Of a DNA stretch of 9,806 nt, positions 5,950-9,806 are shown piece by piece; the stretch's first letter is position 1, and each line of letters opens with the position of its first letter. The position numbers and the translations under genes were made by a program. The notes below the pieces were generated by a model, which did not search any database, was not told the origin of the DNA, and saw nothing but the letters and a program-made list of their open reading frames with translations. Source of the stretch: an uncultured Gammaproteobacteria bacterium (GTDB taxonomy: Bacteria; Patescibacteriota; Patescibacteriia; UBA2591; UBA6264). Location of the stretch: the NCBI GenBank assembly GCA_964617525.1, contig CAZTWG010000017.1, positions 1 to 9,806 on the forward strand. The letters run 5' to 3'.

Positions 5950-6084
5950 ATATTACTAAAACTATAAGCCCCTTTAGCTTCCTCCTATGCTCAAATTTGC
6001 ATTTGAGCTTCGGAAGGACAAGTGTCAACATTAAGATGTTTACTTGCCCATCGGAGCTTCAATGTAAATCAAAGCGAAGCTGGT

Positions 6085-6155
6085 GCCCCCTTAGCTCAAT
6101 GGTAGAGCAGCTGCCTTTTAAGCAGTTGACGTAGGTCCGATTCCTACAGGGGGTA
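6085..6155 (+). tRNA. tRNA-Lys (anticodon UUU), 71 nt, CCA not encoded
   Basis: Hand-folded cloverleaf. Acceptor GCCCCCT / AGGGGGT with discriminator A, giving a G1.U72 wobble. TA at positions 8-9. D-arm GCTC-AATGGTA-GAGC. Anticodon arm GCTGC-CTTTTAA-GCAGT, so UUU at positions 34-36. Variable loop TGAC. T-arm GTAGG-TCCGATT-CCTAC. A T-run (6156-6162) follows. Confidence 0.85.
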
Positions 6156-6214
6156 TTTTTTTATATCAACAGAGTTGTTGTATAGCAATTATTAATCAAT
6201 AAAAATATTTTTAA

Positions 6215-8803
6215 ATGAATCCAATCTGGCATAATTTATCAAGTTCAAAAATCCAACAAATATTAAAAACTTCTGAAACTGGACTTTCAGAAACAGAAGC
6301 TCAAAAACGTCTTAGAAAATATGGATTAAATGAACTACCATCTCAAAAAAGATTTTCTACTTGGGAAATATTCATAGACCAATTCAAAAGTCCTTTGGTT
6401 TATGTTTTGATGATAGCTACTATTATATCTTTTTTCTTAAAAGAATTTACCGATGCTGGCATAATATTCGTCGCGCTTTTAATAAATGCTGGTATTGGAT
6501 TTTTCCAAGAAAATAAAGCAGAAAAAACTTTTTTACATTTAAAAAAATTAGTTCATTATTCGGCCAAAGTAATAAGAGAAGGAAATACAAATATTATACC
6601 AAACAGCAAAATCGTGCCTGGAGATATTATTATTTTAGAGGCTGGCGACATTGTCCCTGCTGACGCTCGTCTTATAGAAACATATAATCTGCAAGCTCGA
6701 GAAGCTCCTCTAACGGGAGAATCAACCCCTTCTCTTAAAAAAATAGATATTCTCGAAAAAGGCATAGGTTTGGCCGACAGAGAAAATATGGTCTACTTTG
6801 GGACTGACATTGTCCATGGGAAGGGAAAAGCTCTTGTGGTCGCCACTGGACACAACACTGAATTAGGGCTCATCGCCAATTTAATAAAAAAAATAAAAAA
6901 TAAGAAGACTCCTCTACAAAAAAAAATAACATCCTTGGCTAAAAACATCAGTATGATTCTAGGAGGGTTATGTATTCTTTTATTCATAGCTGGAATATTG
7001 AGAGGATATCCATTCTCCGAAATGCTTATAACGGCAGTAGCTGTAGCGGTAGCTGGCATTCCAGAAGGAATGGCTATTGCTGTTACTATTTGCTTAGCCA
7101 TTGGTATGCAAAAAATCTTGAAGAAGAAAGCTTTAACAAAAAAATTAATTGCAGCCGAAACCCTAGGGTCAATTACGATTATTGCTACTGACAAAACTGG
7201 GACACTAACTGAGGGCAAAATGACTGTCTATAAAGTAATCCCATATTTAGAAAAAACTTCAGAAGAGCTATTCAACATCAGTATTCTATGCAATGATGCT
7301 ATCGTGCAAAACTCTGAAGACCCTTTACAAAAATGGAAAATAGAAGGAGATACAACCGAAACAGCGCTCTTAAAGGCCGCACTACAATCTGGGCTTGAAA
7401 GAAAAAGGGTTATGGATTGTTATCAAAGAATCGATGAGATCCCGTTTGATTCTGAAAAAATGTATATGGCGACCCTTCATTTTGACTCACAAGCAAATAA
7501 ACAAGTCATTTTTGTGAAAGGAGCTCCAGAAAAAATATTAAATCTTTGCAAACTTGACCCAAGGGAAAAAAATAAAATTAAAAAAGAATTTGAAGCTCTA
7601 ACCAAGAAGGGACTTCGCGTTTTGGCTGCTGCCAGTAAGCAGACAAAAAATAAAAAACTAAATCAGAAAGAAATAGAAAATCTTGATTTTGTAGGCCTAA
7701 TTGCGCTTAAAGACCCATTAAGGAGCGGGATCAAAGAAACCATTCGCGCATGCCAGTTAGCTGGTATTCGCCCATTGATTGTAACGGGAGACCATAAATT
7801 AACAGCCCAAACAATTGCTAATGAAATTGGACTTTTAAAGAATAATGGGGAAATTTTAGAAGGACAAGATTTAGATAAAATTTCTGACGAAGAATTAAGA
7901 AAAAAATTAAAAAAAGTAAGTGTTTTTGCTAGAGTTGAAGCTAGGCACAAAATAAGGATAGTCAAAATACTTCAAGCTCAAGGTGAGGTAGTAGCTATGA
8001 CTGGAGACGGAATAAATGATGCCCCAGCCATTAAAGCAGCTGATATTGGAATTGCGCTAGGTTCTGGCACAGAAGTAACTAAAGAAACCGCAGATATTGT
8101 ACTCCTCGACGACAACTTTAAAACCATTGTTGAAGCCATAAAAAGTGGACGAAATATTTTTAAAAATATTCAAAAAGTAATCCTATTTCTTTTAAGTGGC
8201 AGTTTTTCAGAAATTATTCTAATTGGCGGAGCATTGTTGCTTGGTTTTCCTTTGCCAGTGCTAGCTGCTCAAATTCTTTGGATAAATATTGTTGAAGATA
8301 CTTTCCCAGCCATGGCATTGTCCTATGAAAAAGAAGAAAAAAATATTTTGCAGGAAAAAGTAAAAAAAACAGGAAATGAAATCTTAAACAAAGAAATGAA
8401 ATTTCTTATTGGCGTCATATCTGTAATTACTGATTTAATTTTATTTGGGCTATTTGTTTATTTTTATAAAGCAGGATTAGACTTGACCTATATTCGTACT
8501 ATAATTTTTGCAGCTACTGGCGTTGATAGTTTGTTTTATATTTTCTCTTGCAAAAATTTAGAAAAATCAATATGGAGATACAATATATTTAACAACAATT
8601 TCCTTTTAATAAGCGTAATATTCGGATTCTTTATGATAGCTTTAGCTATTTATCTTCCATTTCTACAAAATATTCTTAAATTAATTCCACTCAACCTTAA
8701 TGATTGGCTAATCATTATCAGTATAGGCTTATTCAATCTTTTGGCTATTGAGTTAGGCAAACTTCTTTTCATCCACAAAAAACCAAAATTAAAAAATATT
8801 TAA
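6215..8803 (+). CDS. P-type ATPase, type IIA (SERCA / bacterial Ca2+-ATPase-like cation pump)
   Basis: 862-aa ORF. It has the N-terminal cation-ATPase-N segment LSETEAQKRLRKYGLNEL, A-domain TGES, M4 IPEGMAI, phosphorylation site DKTGTLT, KGAPE, and hinge TGDGINDAPAIKAADIGIA. M5 LSGSFSEII and M6 LWINIVEDTFPAMAL align by eye to SERCA ISSNVGEVV and LWVNLVTDGLPATAL. Confidence 0.9.
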   Translation: MNPIWHNLSSSKIQQILKTSETGLSETEAQKRLRKYGLNELPSQKRFSTWEIFIDQFKSPLVYVLMIATIISFFLKEFTDAGIIFVALLINAGIGFFQENKAEKTFLHLKKLVHYSAKVIREGNTNIIPNSKIVPGDIIILEAGDIVPADARLIETYNLQAREAPLTGESTPSLKKIDILEKGIGLADRENMVYFGTDIVHGKGKALVVATGHNTELGLIANLIKKIKNKKTPLQKKITSLAKNISMILGGLCILLFIAGILRGYPFSEMLITAVAVAVAGIPEGMAIAVTICLAIGMQKILKKKALTKKLIAAETLGSITIIATDKTGTLTEGKMTVYKVIPYLEKTSEELFNISILCNDAIVQNSEDPLQKWKIEGDTTETALLKAALQSGLERKRVMDCYQRIDEIPFDSEKMYMATLHFDSQANKQVIFVKGAPEKILNLCKLDPREKNKIKKEFEALTKKGLRVLAAASKQTKNKKLNQKEIENLDFVGLIALKDPLRSGIKETIRACQLAGIRPLIVTGDHKLTAQTIANEIGLLKNNGEILEGQDLDKISDEELRKKLKKVSVFARVEARHKIRIVKILQAQGEVVAMTGDGINDAPAIKAADIGIALGSGTEVTKETADIVLLDDNFKTIVEAIKSGRNIFKNIQKVILFLLSGSFSEIILIGGALLLGFPLPVLAAQILWINIVEDTFPAMALSYEKEEKNILQEKVKKTGNEILNKEMKFLIGVISVITDLILFGLFVYFYKAGLDLTYIRTIIFAATGVDSLFYIFSCKNLEKSIWRYNIFNNNFLLISVIFGFFMIALAIYLPFLQNILKLIPLNLNDWLIIISIGLFNLLAIELGKLLFIHKKPKLKNI

Positions 8804-8817
8804 AAATTTAATTCAAG

Positions 8818-9756
8818 ATGACCTTTCTATACATTATTGTAATTATTTTGGCTTCATGTGTTCTGATAAAAGCTACTCATTGGATAATTAAATCCTTGAT
8901 TTATTTTGCCCAGAGTATGAAAATTTCTGAATTTGTTATTGCCTTTATTTTAGCAGGAATAGCAACTTCTCTTCCAGAACTTTTCGTAGGCATTTCTTCA
9001 GCTTTAAATAATACGCCGATTCTTTCTCTATCTAATATTATTGGTTCAAATATAGCTAATATAACATTAATTTTAGGGATAACAATCATCCTGCTTCGAG
9101 GGCTGGAGATTAAAACAAAAACAATTCAACGCAATATAAGCTATACTGCGCTTTTGATGATATATTCCTTGCTTCTATGCTTAGACGGAGTACTCTCACG
9201 ACTAGATGGCATTGCTCTGTTAGTTAGCTTTACTTTATATAACTTAATCCTGATACATCAAAGCCAAGATCAAAGTAAAGTAATAGTTAAAGCCAAAAAG
9301 GGAGAGTTAACAAAAAATATTCTACTATTTATTATTAGCGTTATATTGCTTTCATTGAGCGCTCAAGTTATAGTAGAAACAGCAAATAAGTTAGCCACTA
9401 TTCTTAACATTCCTTTGTTTATGGTTGGCTTATTTATGGTCGCTGTCGGGACATCTTTGCCCGAATTAATATTTGGGATTAGAGTTGCCCGGCAAAAACA
9501 TAAAGATATGATTTTGGGCGGAATATTAGGGTCTGTGGCCATAAATTCAACTGCTGTTTTAGGGATTACAGCCATTATTTCTCCAATCGTAATTGAAAAT
9601 AGTGCTTTATTTTTTAGTAGCATTATCGCTTTACTAGTAGCCTATTTATTATTTGGAATTTTTTCCTATTCTAGAAAAAAAATTTCATGGCAAGAAGCAA
9701 TAATCTTATTATTATTCTATATCACTTTTACTATTATTCAATTTCTGTTAAAATAA
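8818..9756 (+). CDS. Ca2+/cation antiporter (CaCA superfamily, YrbG/NCX-like sodium:calcium exchanger)
   Basis: 312-aa polytopic membrane ORF. It has two alpha-repeat signatures, GIATSLPELFVG in the N-terminal half and GTSLPELIFG in the C-terminal half, separated by a charged loop (QSQDQSKVIVKAKKGE). It starts 14 nt after the ATPase stop. Confidence 0.85.
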   Translation: MTFLYIIVIILASCVLIKATHWIIKSLIYFAQSMKISEFVIAFILAGIATSLPELFVGISSALNNTPILSLSNIIGSNIANITLILGITIILLRGLEIKTKTIQRNISYTALLMIYSLLLCLDGVLSRLDGIALLVSFTLYNLILIHQSQDQSKVIVKAKKGELTKNILLFIISVILLSLSAQVIVETANKLATILNIPLFMVGLFMVAVGTSLPELIFGIRVARQKHKDMILGGILGSVAINSTAVLGITAIISPIVIENSALFFSSIIALLVAYLLFGIFSYSRKKISWQEAIILLLFYITFTIIQFLLK

Positions 9757-9806
9757 GAACCTGCTCCGCAGAACCTTGGAATAAGAACCTGCTCCGCAGA
9801 ACCTTG
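9753..9806. repeat. Perfect tandem repeat, unit ATAAGAACCTGCTCCGCAGAACCTTGGA (28 bp): one full copy at 9753-9780 and a second at 9781-9806 truncated by the window end
   Basis: Read directly; all 26 visible bases of copy 2 match copy 1. Copy 1 overlaps the TAA stop of the exchanger gene. The unit is 14/28 G+C by hand count, well above the window background, and contains the short inverted repeat CTGC-TCC-GCAG and the internal direct repeat GAACC...GAACC. Confidence 0.9.

Noticed and set aside
6005-6025. SRP (4.5S) RNA-like apical motif: TCGGAAGGACAAG resembles the CCGGAAGGAAGCAGC GNAR-tetraloop region
   Set aside because: The flanking conserved symmetric and asymmetric loop sequences (CAGG / AGCA) are absent. 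The 5' side is already committed to a perfect 8-bp hairpin, and no long closing helix can be drawn.
5943-6134. 63-aa plus-strand ORF
   Set aside because: It runs through the structured spacer and into the tRNA-Lys gene, and the tRNA fold explains its 3' part. It is an artefact of locally higher GC.
6556-7965. Track ORFs 6556-6765(-), 6793-7218(-), 6970-7191(+) and 7663-7965(-)
   Set aside because: All are nested inside the P-type ATPase CDS, antisense or out of frame. The ATPase frame carries every canonical motif, so these are shadow ORFs.
8769-8777. DnaA-box-like TCATCCACA, an 8/9 match to TTATCCACA
   Set aside because: It is a single copy inside the ATPase coding sequence and not clustered, so there is no oriC context.
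8901-9623. Track ORFs 8901-9089(-) and 9363-9623(-)
   Set aside because: Both are antisense within the CaCA exchanger CDS and have no independent support.
9753-9806. Possible start of a CRISPR array, since a 28-bp repeat is typical CRISPR repeat length
   Set aside because: The two copies are directly adjacent with no spacer, and no cas genes are in the window. This is a tandem repeat, not repeat-spacer architecture.
1-9806. Alternative genetic code with UGA reassigned, as in some candidate phyla
   Set aside because: All long ORFs are intact under the standard code, with full-length domain architectures and no apparent in-frame TGA problem. Their stops are TAA or TAG. The only TGA stop, on the 84-codon ORF, would add just 6 codons if read through.

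Overview
AT-rich, gene-dense bacterial chromosomal window. Most genes lack a Shine-Dalgarno (SD) sequence, and the gene content (FemAB-type enzyme, compact housekeeping genes) is reminiscent of a small-genome CPR/Patescibacteria-like organism; that is inference only. Minus strand, high to low coordinate: dnaB, recR, a hairpin terminator, then a DUF167/YggU-like gene tightly coupled to an MscS channel. These are followed by an SD-led 84-codon ORF with its own terminator, a FemAB-family peptidoglycan bridge enzyme, and the 5' end of a DD-carboxypeptidase that runs off the window. Plus strand: a self-contained small-protein cassette (consensus promoter, strong SD, perfect terminator), a 74-codon ORF, tRNA-Lys(UUU), and a P-type Ca2+-ATPase followed 14 nt later by a CaCA/YrbG-type exchanger. 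I see no defense system, integrase, transposase, CRISPR array or reverse transcriptase, so I cannot name a known or novel system with confidence. Four regions are not explained by ordinary annotation. (1) A GC-rich, helix-dense segment fills the 3' half of the 84-codon ORF (about 1600-1790). (2) A 28-bp perfect tandem repeat starts on the exchanger stop codon and is cut by the window edge (9753-9806). (3) The small-protein cassette at 3223-3524 has unusually strong expression signals. (4) A structured, GC-elevated spacer upstream of the tRNA contains a partial copy of the tRNA 5' end. All calls rest on reading the sequence and on motif recall; no searches or folding programs were run.
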